64,000 nucleotides of DNA from Stegostoma tigrinum (Eukaryota). Below the pieces are notes generated by a model. The model saw only the letters and a list, made by a program, of their open reading frames with translations. It was not told where the DNA came from and did no database searches. Made by a program: the position numbers and the translations under genes. How positions within the stretch are numbered: the first letter of the stretch is position 1; each line of letters starts with the position of its first letter. Location: NCBI RefSeq assembly GCF_030684315.1, contig NC_081362.1, forward strand, positions 64,708,586 to 64,772,585. The letters run 5' to 3'. Positions 26,501-37,862 of the stretch are shown here, piece after piece.

Positions 26501-27218
26501 TGTCCATGACCTGATTCAATGACAGAGGAGCCAAATTGCCTACTCATACTCCTAATTCATAGTTTGTATGTTTGTGTCTTTAATATAGTGCAAAATGAAG
26601 TCAGTTGATCTTTCTTGACACCTGCCTGATAACAGGCCTGCGTGACATAGCTGTTAAAATTAAAGGAAAGGCCCATGTTGTTTCATTGGAAAGCAAAGTT
26701 AAGGTGATCAGTGTTAGGGGGAAATGTGGGTATGACCTGAGTTAACCCCACGCCCCCAACTCCAAAAATCTACATATAGGTCCACTTGGAATTAGAATGA
26801 GTTAGAGAGTTTGCATCTTCATTTATTCATTTTCAGGAAAGTAATGAGTTGAAAAGAAAGATTAGTTAAACTGCAGAAACACACTCAGACGCTGATTCAA
26901 TGGATAATTTCTGTGGAAAAGCAAAGGGGACATCAGACAAAATAATCTACTACAACAATAGCACAGGGAGACAATACCAGCAGCATCTTTTAGTCTCTAA
27001 AATCCCAGGAAGGTTTTGGAAACATCAGGCCAGAAGTAGTTAGGCTTTAAACTGCCCATTTACTTCTAAGATAGATCAGAAGTTGATGGCGAAAGTTGGT
27101 AGCTAATTAACATTTCTACCTGGATATAAGGCCCATTTGTCTCATGTTGCCATGGAAATGGGCATTGAGGTTGCTGGGGTTTATAAGATGTCGCTGAAAA
27201 TATACAGGCACAAACAGT

Positions 27219-27735
27219 TGTTATGATGTGGGAGACAGAGACAGCGGCTAGAGGTCAAACATTTCCGTGGTTCACCACATAGGAATACAATTGGGAGATC
27301 ACACTCAGATTGAAGAGATCAAATTTGCTTGGATTTGAAATGAGGCTGCATAATTCACAAAGCTTGCACCAGAGAGAAATATGCTTGTCAGAGCCAAGAC
27401 TTCATCAGGCAGTTCTGGGGTTCACAGTTATCAGGATGCAAAAGGAGGAGAATGGAATAAATCCTCAGGAGCTAAGAATCACTTTGGGCTGAATACAGGA
27501 GAACTGAATACTGACCAAGGATCAATATGAAGTTTTCACGTATAATGGGATTATCAATTGTAGTAAAAATAAAAATTCTGTAGGTTACAAAGTAGCCTAT
27601 AAGAATAATATTTAGCCAGTGGTTAATTTTGTCTGTTTGTTTAAAACAGGAAATCTTGTCCAGTTATTCGTTTAGCTATCAAGTGGAAATTCAAATGTTA
27701 TTGTAAAGCTATCAATTTTTATGGGGATCATAACA
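27219..27735 (+). mobile_element. Solo LTR
   Basis: Perfect 9-bp terminal inverted repeat TGTTATGAT...ATCATAACA (TG...CA); about 517 bp; AATAAA in the 3' half; no clear TSD. Confidence 0.6.
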
Positions 27736-28673
27736 GTTTTCACAACACCTTTATCTCACTTGTCATGGATTATCCACATGTCATGAACAATAAGCCAGAC
27801 AGGTTCTTTCTCCACTGAGCAACAAAATTATCCCCTCCTACATGTTTTCCCTCTCTTTGCTGTTTCCCTTCTAATATGTCTTCTCAAATGCATAAAATAG
27901 AGATTTAGCTCTCAATATTTCACAACAGCTTACAGCTGATAGTATAAAATAATTAAATAAACTAAGCCCACAAGTTAGATCCAACAATGCTTGGATAAGC
28001 AGCTCACCACGCATTCCAAAAGTGGAAGGTATTGGCAGTCAAATACCACGCCCTTCGTAATATAGCCAGATAGTGGCTAATGAGATTGATCTGCATAAAA
28101 CAGCTAATGTTTTTCTGAACAATGTGTAAATCTTCATGATACGTATATCTTGTTCTCAGCGCCCTTGAATGCAAATCTGCTGCATCTGTTTACGTTCAGT
28201 GGTTCAGAAGAAATATTAATTCTTAAATCGTGAAGCTCTTGCAAATAAACTACATGCAGCATAACCAGTTAAATGGCCTGATGTAATTTATGCTTTTATA
28301 AGCACAAATGTAAAATTCTCAAATGACACTTGAACAATCTTGGCTAACTGATGATGCAATTGCAAAGATTTCTTTGTTATAGCAAATTATACCAGGAGTG
28401 GAAATTACTGAATAGAATACTTCCATTAGTGATTGACACCATTAACTACCTTCATAAAAATTCAAGAAGTGTCAAGAAAATAACAGAAAGACAGATACAT
28501 ACTGCAACTGAAACCCCCCTAGCTGGTGGTCCCCTCAGAAACATGGCCGGACTTTGAGGTTGCGTGAAAATTTCACACACCTTAGTGCACATTGTTCAGA
28601 GAGAAAAGTGTCTCGAGTGAAAAATGGCCAAAAATGCGGCTGTAAAAGGAATAAAAGAAAGCAGTAAAGGGCA

Positions 28674-28900
28674 CTGAAATAACTGCACAGAAGCAGTCAC
28701 TAAGTCACTTTTTATTTTACATGTGCACAGTGCATAGGCTCTGACCCGCCAGCTCAGAGCCAGTGCCTAGACCGAGGAGACCTTCTTAATCTCCTGTTTA
28801 CATCTGTCAGCCAAGGCTACCTGATCAGCCCAGGTAAACAACACCAATCAAGAATCTTTTAGTCAATGAGACCCATCTAGCCCTAGCTCCACTCACTACA
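28674..28900 (-). mobile_element. Short solo-LTR-like repeat, homologous to 62779-63001
   Basis: Shared blocks tgaaataact.cacaga, tttattt.aca, atctgtcagcca.ggct.cctga; the minus strand starts TGTAG and contains AATAAA. Confidence 0.55.
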
Positions 28901-29734
28901 GGTATATTACAGGGAATTACCCCTAGTTTGCAAAACCAGAACAGGTAAAACCAGAACAGGTAATTTGGCATAACATGTATTTTTGTTTATGTTTCACAAT
29001 GAACTTTATCTCACTCATTAACTTCATCTTAGGCCATCAACATACTCCTGTCCTCCTCATGGTCCTATTTAGACTTTCCTTAAGTATATCCTTGCTTTTC
29101 ATCTGAACCAAAACAGCTAGGAGGAAATGTGGAGTTGTGACTGTCAGAGATTAGTTTGCTATCATAAATTCCAAAATGAATGCTTCCAAGCATATTCCAG
29201 TCAATCAGGATATGATTAGAAATCCAAACTCGTTTAAGACGCTTTTTCCCTCTTTTTACTTTCATGGTCCTTTCACCATTTGCAGAGTAAAAACTGACTA
29301 AATGATTGAGTATAACCAATTCCTAGATAATGCTATTTAACTCAAATGTGTGCCAGAGAGCTTTAAGTGAGCACACAAGAGAACAGTGAAAAAAGGAATA
29401 ATCTGCTGCATACATCATGACAATTTTGTTCCAAATTCCAAATTCATTGGAGGTGAAATACAATTGAAAACAAGACATTGGTGTAATGAATGAATAAAGG
29501 GAGCAAAATTCCACTATCATTAAGCTGCATGTCTTCTCATTTAAAAAAAGTTGCAGTCTTCAATTTTTTCTCAAAATTCATTTTCATGATGTTCCTGAAA
29601 GTGTCATTTTATTGCCTGTGCCCAGCTGAACTTAAGTGAAAGTGACATGCCTTCTTGAATCATTGTAATTTTTGTGATAAATTTGCTGTTTACACCTGTC
29701 CTTCCGTCAGTTTCTAAACAGCTCTTATGTTTCA

Positions 29735-30078
29735 TTTTATTCATTCACGGAATGAGGGCATCATTGGCTAAGTCAGCATTTATTGCCCATTTCAGAGTAC
29801 AGTTAAGAGTCAACAACGTTGCCATAGGTTTGGAGTCATATGTAGTCCAGACTAGGTAAGGATGACAGTTTCCTTCCCTAAAGGATGTTAGTGAGCCTGA
29901 TGGGTTTTTCCAACAATCAACAATGATTCAGGGTCATGATCAGACTCTTAATTCCAGTTTTAATTGAATTCAAATTCCACCAGGTGCCATGGCAGGATTT
30001 GAGCCCAGGTCCCAAGAACATTACCTCGGTCACTGGATCAATAGTCTAGTGATAATACCACTAGGCCATTGCCTCCCC
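29735..30078 (-). mobile_element. Full-length tRNA-derived SINE with a LINE-derived tail
   Basis: Reverse complement begins GGGAGGCAATGGCCTAGTGGTA (A-box) ... CCTGGGCTCAAATCC (B-box) and ends gggcaataaatgctg...gaatgaataaaa, a tail resembling the LINE end at 32160-32510. Confidence 0.8.
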
Positions 30079-30611
30079 AATTCCAAGGCTTTAACCAAGC
30101 GATTATAAAATGTGCTATACTATATACGTTCTGTTTTGTAGTGCACCCATTCGCTAGTCAATGCAACAGGCCCAGCATATTAGTTTCAGAGTCATTGACA
30201 CTCTCACAATATTAACTTTAACGTCTCCCTGTGGCTTCATTGTTAAAAATTTCCTACATGCCTCTCTTTTAGGTCTCAGTTTTCACTGGGCAACATTTGG
30301 GTTCTCTGGGTTCCATACCACTGGAATTCACTCCCTAAAACCTTGCTGCCTGGCATCGATGCATGTTGGAAGGATTACATATGCATTTTCCTTAGTCATC
30401 AAGACCTGGAGTCTAGAACCTGGAGCTTCTAGTTCAGGGACAATGACACTTCTTATAGCCGTAAAACATTCACTTACTTCATAGGCATGGTCAAAGAGAT
30501 GAGCCCTTCAACTCATTTTTGCCATCAATATAATTTCCAGCATTGTTCAACCGCAACTCAAAGCAGTGAATGCCTTTTAAGAAGTACATTCATTGCTTAA
30601 ACAAGCTTTGG

Positions 30612-30960
30612 GAGTCACAGAATCATATAATTCCTGCAGTGTGGAAGCTGGCCATTTGGTCCAACAAGTCCACACTGACTTTCCAAACAGCATCCCACCC
30701 AGCCTCCCCCTATCAAGTCCACAGCAACCCTTCGAAGAACATCCCACCCAGACCCAGCTTGTTACCTTTCCCTGTAACCCTGCAATTTCCATAGCTAATC
30801 CATCTAACCTATACATCTCTGGACACTATGGGATAATTTAGCATGGCCAATCCATCTAGTTTGCACAACTTTGGACTGTGGGAGGAAACTGGAGCACCTG
30901 GAGGAAACCGACGCAGCCACATGACAATGTGGCAACTCCACACTGACTGCTGTCCTTGGG
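30612..30960 (-). mobile_element. HE1-type V-SINE lacking its tRNA head
   Basis: aatttagcatggccaatcc...ggactgtgggaggaaactggagcacctggaggaaacc is the reverse complement of the V-domain. Confidence 0.85.
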
Positions 30961-31033
30961 TGAAATATTCTAATTTGCCTGTGAGTGCACCTTCAATTCT
31001 AACCCAAGAAGTTAAAAGTCATCCAGGACAAAC

Positions 31034-32101
31034 CAACCTCCGGATACAACGCATTATCCTCCGACACTTCCGCCATTTACAATCCGACCCCACCACCCAA
31101 GACATTTTTCCATCCCCTCCCCTGTCTGCTTTCCGGAGAGACCACTCTCTCCGTGACTCCCTTGTTCGCTCCACACTGCCCTCCAACCCCACCACACCCG
31201 GCACCTTCCCCTGCAACCGCAGGAAATGCTACACTTGTCCCCACACCTCCTCCCTCACCCCCATCCCAGGCCCCAAGATGACATTCCACATTAAGCAGAG
31301 GTTCACCTGCACATCTGCCAATGTGGTATACTGCATCCACTGTACCCGGTGCGGCTTCCTCTACATTGGGGAAACCAAGCGGAGGCTTGGGGACCGCTTT
31401 GCAGAACACCTCCACTCAGTCCGCAACAAACAACTGCACCTCCCAGTCGCAAACCATTTCCACTCCCCCTCCCATTCTCTAGATGACATGTCCATCATGG
31501 GCCTCCTGCAGTGCCACAATGATGCCACCCGAAGGTTGCAGGAACAGCAACTCATATTCCGCCTGGGAACCCTGCAGCCATATGGTATCAATGTGGACTT
31601 CACCAGTTTCAAAATCTCCCCTTCCCCTACTGCATCCCTAAACCAGCCCAGTTCATCCCCTCCCCCCACTGCACCACACAACCAGCCCAGCTCTTCCCCC
31701 CCACCCACTGCATCCCAAAACCAGTCCAACCTGTCTCTGCCTCCCTAACCGGTTCTTCCTCTCACCCATCCCTTCCTCCCACCCCAAGCAGCACCCCCAT
31801 CTACCTACTAACCTCATCCCACCTCCTTGACCTGTCCGTCTTCCCTGGACTGACCTATCCCCTCCCTACCTCCCCACCTACACTCTCTCCACCTATCTTC
31901 TTTTCTCTCCATCTTCGGTCCGCCTCCCCCTCTCTCCCTATTTATTCCAGTTCCCTCCCCCCATCCCCCTCTCTGATGAAGGGTCTAGGCCCGAAACGTC
32001 AGCTTTTGTGCTCCTGAGATGCTGCTTGGCCTGCTGTGTTCATCCAGCCTCACATTTTATTATCTTGGAATCTCCAGCATCTGCAGTTCCCATTATCTCT
32101 G
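31034..32101 (+). mobile_element. Young 5'-truncated Neptune-type PLE (copy B) with an uninterrupted GIY-YIG domain
   Basis: Open frame to the stop at 31748 (TFPCNRRKCYTC...VYCIHCTRCGFLYIGETKRRLGDRFAEH); complete pLTR plus tail; perfect 13-bp TSD ATCCAGGACAAAC at 31021-31033 and 32102-32114. Confidence 0.95.
31970..32003 (+). ncRNA. Minimal hammerhead ribozyme motif in the PLE terminal repeat
   Basis: TCT-CTGATGA(31973-31979)-A-GGGTCTAGGCCC-GAAAC-GTC-AGC; predicted cut after 32000. Confidence 0.65.
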
Positions 32102-32159
32102 ATCCAGGACAAACAGCTGTTTTTGGCAAACCATCTACCATTTTAACAATTCACTTTCT

Positions 32160-32510
32160 CTACGACAGCTTGAAGTACTACAAGGTGCCTTGCAGTAATT
32201 TTCCAACCTCCTCCAACAATATAGCTCATAACTTCTACCACTTCGAAGGACAAGGGGACCAGAATACCCATTCCTATAAATTACCCTTAAAATCACTTGC
32301 AACCCTGACTCGGAAGTACAGTGCCATTTCCCCATCATTAGTGGACTTCAAACACAGGCCTCCTTATATGTGGCACCATGCAATATATTCACAACACAAA
32401 GTGCAGTTGTTCAAGAACATAGCTAATCATCGTCTTGAGGGTAATGTAAGATAGCCAGTAAATGCTGGACTTTTGCAGCAATGTTCACATCCGGTGTATC
32501 GATTAAAAAA
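32160..32510 (+). mobile_element. Degenerate 3' end of an old CR1/L2-group LINE
   Basis: tacaaggtgccttgcag...ttctaccacttcgaaggacaaggg...gttcaagaacatagct...taaatgctgg; tail resembles that of the SINE at 29735-30078. Confidence 0.55.
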
Positions 32511-33789
32511 ATGTTCTGATACAATTGAGCATACAGTTAATCAATCATTTGGAATTTGGAAGTTAATACTGCTTGCGGTCCACATTTTCTTTGGTGAGCG
32601 GCTTTCTGTTTGCCGCATTCTCTCATTTTGAACCAGCTCAATTTCGAGGCCTAATCAACTCCAAGAAACCAGCATTAGGTCTTTACTCATTTATGTACAA
32701 GTGGGCTTATTGCATTCCAAGAGTACTGATCATTTTTGCCAATGCTTGCGATGTCACAAGGTCCATTTTTTCTTTGATCCTTTTTGCATTATTTTCCAGT
32801 TTAGCTCCATTGCTGATATTATTGCCCAGAGTTATGAGCTTACATTCTTCAGCCAATGTTATTAACATTGGCAGTGACCCACTTAACATAGTTTTCATAG
32901 GTGAGCCTGTGTTCTCTCTGAACCGAAACAGCTAATCTTAAGACATGCAGTGAATATTCCAGACTTCTTTGATAATATTGCAATGAGATAGGATTCCACT
33001 AAATTAAGTATTGTTGCACATAGTTGATAATGTCAACTATGCAAGTCCTTTTCATAGAGACTAATCAACTTATCAGATTTAGTAACAAATTTAATTCATC
33101 ACAGAAGCATGCAATAAAGCTGAGGTATTCAAAAACAGAATACAACATAAAAGATCTGAAAGCAGTGAAAGGTCTGGTAAAGTATAGCCTAAAAAGGGAG
33201 CAGGGTATCAAAAAGATTTGCTATGAAAATACCTGATTTATGTGTGGCAGGCCTCTTAAAACCTACCCAATGTATTTCAAGAATGAATACAAACTGCAAT
33301 ATTTTAATGATAGGAAACCTCAAAAAGATGTGCAACTTACCATGTTGATGTAGGTGGCAGAAGCAGCCCTCTCACCCCAACATTCCATAACAGCATTGCA
33401 AAATACATAATTATACAGTAAGGGCAGGTTAGGCAAAACACTGGCCATTCTTTCTTTTCTTTCTTGAGAACCAACACACTCTTCAGGCTAAGAAATATAA
33501 AGCTAACCCCTCATCACATTGCACTCTATTTAATGTGAAAATTCGTACAAGATCTTTCAGATGTGTCATCATCTCCCTTAACAGCAATTTGCATGAAGAT
33601 CCATAAAACTTTGCTTCACTTTAACAGCAAAACACAGAGACATGGCTGCCGGGTGACAATAGATTGGATCCTGAATATTGAAAGATACATATAATTTATG
33701 GAAGACATGAAGCTGGGAAAAAATTGTTAATTAATGATGGTATTAGCATCACAAAATGTGATAATCCAATTTCAAGAATCTAACCATCG

Positions 33790-35580
33790 CTAGTCCAAAT
33801 CAGTTTTTGGCCAATGGCAATCGCCCAGGATGCTGATCATGGGGAATTCATCAATGTTAATACCACTGAATATCAAGGGGTGATGGCTGGATGCTCTCTG
33901 ACTGCATGTGATAATTGGCTGGCATTAGCGTTACATGAACATATCTTTTCTCTTCTCAGCCCAAGCCTGAATGTTGTTCAGGTCTTGCTGCACATCAACT
34001 TGAGCTACTTCATAAATGGTTTTGAATATTGTACAATCATCAGCGAACATTCTATTCTTGATTTTATGGTGGAAGGAACTCACTGAGGAAGCAGAAGATG
34101 GTTGTGTCTAGAAAGCTTTCCTAAGGAATTCTTTCAGTGATATTCTGGAAAAAAAAATTGACATCCAATAAAGACATTCTTCTTCCTGTGTACTAGTTAT
34201 GGCTTCAGCCACCCAAGAGTTTTCCCCAATTCAGATTTCAACTTTGTTAAGACTCCTCTGTGTTGCACTCAGTTTAAAGTGACCTTGTTGTCAAGGACAG
34301 ACACTCTCACTTCATGCATGGAATTCAAATTTTTTGTCAATATTTGAACCATAGCTGTAATGAGTGGACCTGGTGGAACACAAACTAAGTATGAAATTAT
34401 TGCTGAACAAGTGCTACGTGATAACACTGTTGTTGACACTTTCCATCACTTTGTTGATGGATAAGAGAGGATCAGCTTCCTCTACATTGGGGAAGCCAAG
34501 TGGAGGCGTGGGGACTGCTTGCAGAACACTTCCGCTCGGTTCGCAATGAACAACTGCACCTCCCAGTCGTAAACCATTTCCACTCCCCCTCCCATTCTTT
34601 AGATGACATGTCCATCATGGGCCTCCTGCAGTGCCACAATGATGCCACCCGAAGGTTGCAGGTACAGCAACTCATATTCCGCTTGGGAACCCTGCAGCCC
34701 AATGGTATCAATGTGGACTTCACCAACTTCAAAATCTCCCCTTTCCCCACCACATCCCAAAACCAGCCCAGTTCGTCCCCTCCCCACACTGCACCACACA
34801 ACCAGCCCAGCTCTTCCCCTCCACCCACTACATCCCAAAGCCAGTCCAACCTATCTCTGCCTCCCTAACCTGTTCTTTCTCTCACCCATCCCTTCCTCCC
34901 ACCCCAAGCCGCACCTCCATCTCCTACCTACTAACCTCATCCCACCTCCTTGACCTGTGCGTCTTTCCTGGACTGACCTATCCCCTCCCTACCTCCCCAC
35001 CTATACTCTCCTCTCCACCTATCTTCTTTACTCTCCATCTTCGGTCCGCCTCCCCCTCTCTCCCTATTTATTCCAGAACCCTCACCCCATCCCCCTGTCT
35101 GATGAAGGGTCTAGCCGAAACGTCAGCTTTTGTGCTCCTGAGATGCTGCTGGGCCTGCTGTGTTCATCCAGCCTCACATTTTATTATTTTGGATTCTCCA
35201 GCATCTGCAGTTCCCATTATCACTCATTGAGCAGTAATTTGCCAAGTTGAATTTGTCAATTTTTTCAGTACAGGACATACCTGGTGATTTTCCATATTGT
35301 CAGGTAGGTGCCAGCGTTGTAACTGTACCTGAACAGCTTGCTTAAGTGTGTGTCTAGTTTTTGGACATAAGTCATCCGTACTATTATCAAAATGTCAGGG
35401 ACCTAACTTTTCATTATCAAGTGTCTTCAACCATTTGTTGTTATCACAAGCAAAGAATTGAATTGGCTGAATTCTGGAATGTGTGATGCTTTGGACAGCA
35501 GGGCAAGTTGAATTATTCATTTGACATTCTAGCTGAGGATGCTTTCAAATGCTTCAGAGTCATCTTTTGCATGATGAACT
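33790..35580 (-). mobile_element. Old CR1/L2-group LINE RT fragment interrupted by PLE copy C
   Basis: Reverse complement of cagcccaagcctgaatgttgttcaggtcttgctgc encodes QQDLNNIQAWA; atcatcagcgaacat encodes MFADD; the sequence resumes after 35223. Confidence 0.75.
34474..35223 (+). mobile_element. 5'-truncated PLE (copy C): end of GIY-YIG, 3' UTR, pLTR
   Basis: Colinear with 31355-32098; hammerhead motif at 35099-35124 with a 2-nt deletion in stem II; no TSD seen. Confidence 0.93.
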
Positions 35581-35734
35581 CCCCCAGATGCATCATGCAG
35601 TCACGTAGTAATGATACCTTTTGGGTTTGAGTTGACATGTATAGTATTTGGACTCAGAAGTGGGATTAGAAGAATTCATCAACATTCTTAAATTATCAAC
35701 ACTCCAGTTAACTTAAAGCTGCAAGATAAATGTA

Positions 35735-35902
35735 AAGTCACTATGGAGAGACAGATGACTAGTGGTTAGTTTAATGTGACAGGCTCCACATCTCAAGCAA
35801 GGGATATGGTTGAGAAGGCAAGACCTCAGCAAATGGAGGAATTCAACCTACACTGTTAGTGTCACTCTGCATTATAGTCCAGGCATCCAGCCAACTGAGT
35901 TT
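35735..35902 (-). mobile_element. Short tRNA-derived SINE
   Basis: Reverse complement starts aaactcagttggctggatg...gtaggttgaattcc (A/B boxes); 3' part shared with 49240-49345 (gatgac.agtggt..gttta). Confidence 0.6.
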
Positions 35903-36934
35903 ATCACCCAATATACAGAGAAAGCAGCAACTCCATAAACACATAGCACAATTTGGCAATAGGCATAAGTTAGCGACCAACATATTTTAAAAACACCACC
36001 ACAAAAAAGCCATCATCTTAGCCAAACATACATTGAGCTGGGCATGTTAGCTCCCAGCTAATGTGTTTCCATTGCCAAAGCAGCATAAATTTGGAAGATT
36101 TAGCTATATATTTACTACTATAGTTACTGCATCTCAGCTCTCAATTCCAGACTTAAAGTTAACAATTCATTACAATTGCATTCACTACATTTTTCTACTA
36201 GTGGTAGATTCTGAAATCGTGCAGTCTTAAGCTGGAGATTCTCCATTCATCTTCAACTAATTCATCCCTTCGGTAGTTCAAGTTTTTTTTAGGCTCTCAG
36301 TTAGTTGAGTTCCACTTTAGTGATGTGGTTAAAATTGTTCTGTGTATGCAGCTTCTTCTCCCAATGTTTAAGCCTCATTGTTCCTCCATTGAAGCCTTCT
36401 TCTTCTCAGCCTGCTTGCAACCTTCTTCTTCTCTCCCCCTTGCAGACTTTTTTTTTCGATCCATCATTGCAGCCTCCTTCCATGCATTCTCTCAATACTG
36501 GGAGCCTCCATCCTTACCTCCCTGTAATAAGCATCTTCATTCATCTACTACCTTTACAGCCTCCTACCGCCTCCTTCTTCCTCCTTCCTGCAACCTCACC
36601 TTTCGTTCACTTGCAGCCTTCTCCTTTTCCCCTCTCCTTGCAGCCTCCTCACTTGTGAGCCCAACAGCAGCAAATGCAGATGAGAAACAGCTTAACTGAA
36701 GAAACATGAAAGAGACAGGATCTGTGAATGGAGCAGAAGTTCTTCAAAGATTCTGCATCTTTCATGTATGGGTTGGTGGCCTTGTTTTGATTGGTTGCCA
36801 CTTAAGAGAGGGGCGGTACTGCTTGTCTCAGGGCCCTCCTGAAAATGTGGGCGCTGGTGATGAGCATCAAATACATCAGCCTTTCCTGGACCTTAGTCAC
36901 TACCTCGCCTTACATCATCCCCTTCTTTGGACAT

Positions 36935-37285
36935 TTTCTGTCCAGCAAAGAAAACTAATGGGTGACCAGATGGAGTATTTTAAAATGATTTAAGTTCATA
37001 TAAGGTAAACAATTCCATTGATAGAGGGGATCAAAAGTAGAAGATAGGCACCATTAAATCCAGTAGGGTCATCAGGCAAAACTGTTTTGCTCAGAGTGCC
37101 TAGAATATGGAACTCACTATGACAGGGAGTGGTTGAGGTGATTAGCATAGATAAATTTAACGGGGAGCTAGGTAACAGATAAGGGTGAAAGGAAAATAGC
37201 GATATGTTGATTGGCTTAAAGGTAAATGGGTGGCTCATGTGGAGCCCATATGTCACTCATTGAACTGGAGGACATGTTTCTGTGC
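36935..37285 (+). mobile_element. Degenerate CR1-like 3' fragment
   Basis: ttttctgtccagcaaagaaaactaatgggtgacc...tggaactcactatgacagggagtggttgaggtg...atttaacggggagctag. Confidence 0.6.
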
Positions 37286-37654
37286 TGTCACCCAGTTTCC
37301 CATTCCAGCATTTCAAGTCAAAGTCTACAGAAATTATGAGCATATTCGCAATGGCATATGTCAGGTCATTGTTTCTTCTTCTGTTTGCTTCACATATTAT
37401 ATCAAACTCAATCATTAAGGATGGGTAATAAATCTTGGCTTAGTCAGAGATACGCAGATCAGGTGAAAGAATAGAAAAAATTGAATGTATATAAATACTG
37501 ATGAAATAGTGCTCAAAGCAATATTTCAAAAGCAAATAACTGTTTATTAAAACATTTTGAACTTTAAGGGAATTTAAAGTATTGATGGCATTAAAAAATC
37601 CTAAAAGGAATATAATACTTTGTAGTTGATCTCTGTGGGCATTTTTGACATTTG

Positions 37655-37862
37655 TTTTTCTCAGAAGGCTGTGGAGGCAGGATCGTTAAATATTTTCAAG
37701 ACAATGGTAGGTTGATTCTTATTAGGCATAAGAACCAAAGGTATGGGGGGTTTGCGGGCAGATGGGAAGGTGGAGTTTGATACATCAACAGATTAATTAA
37801 ATGAGAGAGCAGGCTAGAGGGACCAACTGACCCACTTCTGGTCCTATTTTGTATGTTCATAT
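37655..37862 (+). mobile_element. CR1-like 3' tail
   Basis: cagaaggctgtggaggcagg...ggctagagggaccaactgacccacttctggtcctattttgtatg. Confidence 0.6.

Noticed and set aside
28932-28961. 15-bp tandem duplication AAAACCAGAACAGGT x2 (similar short duplication at ~14398-14430)
   Set aside because: Ordinary slippage-type duplication with no associated structure.
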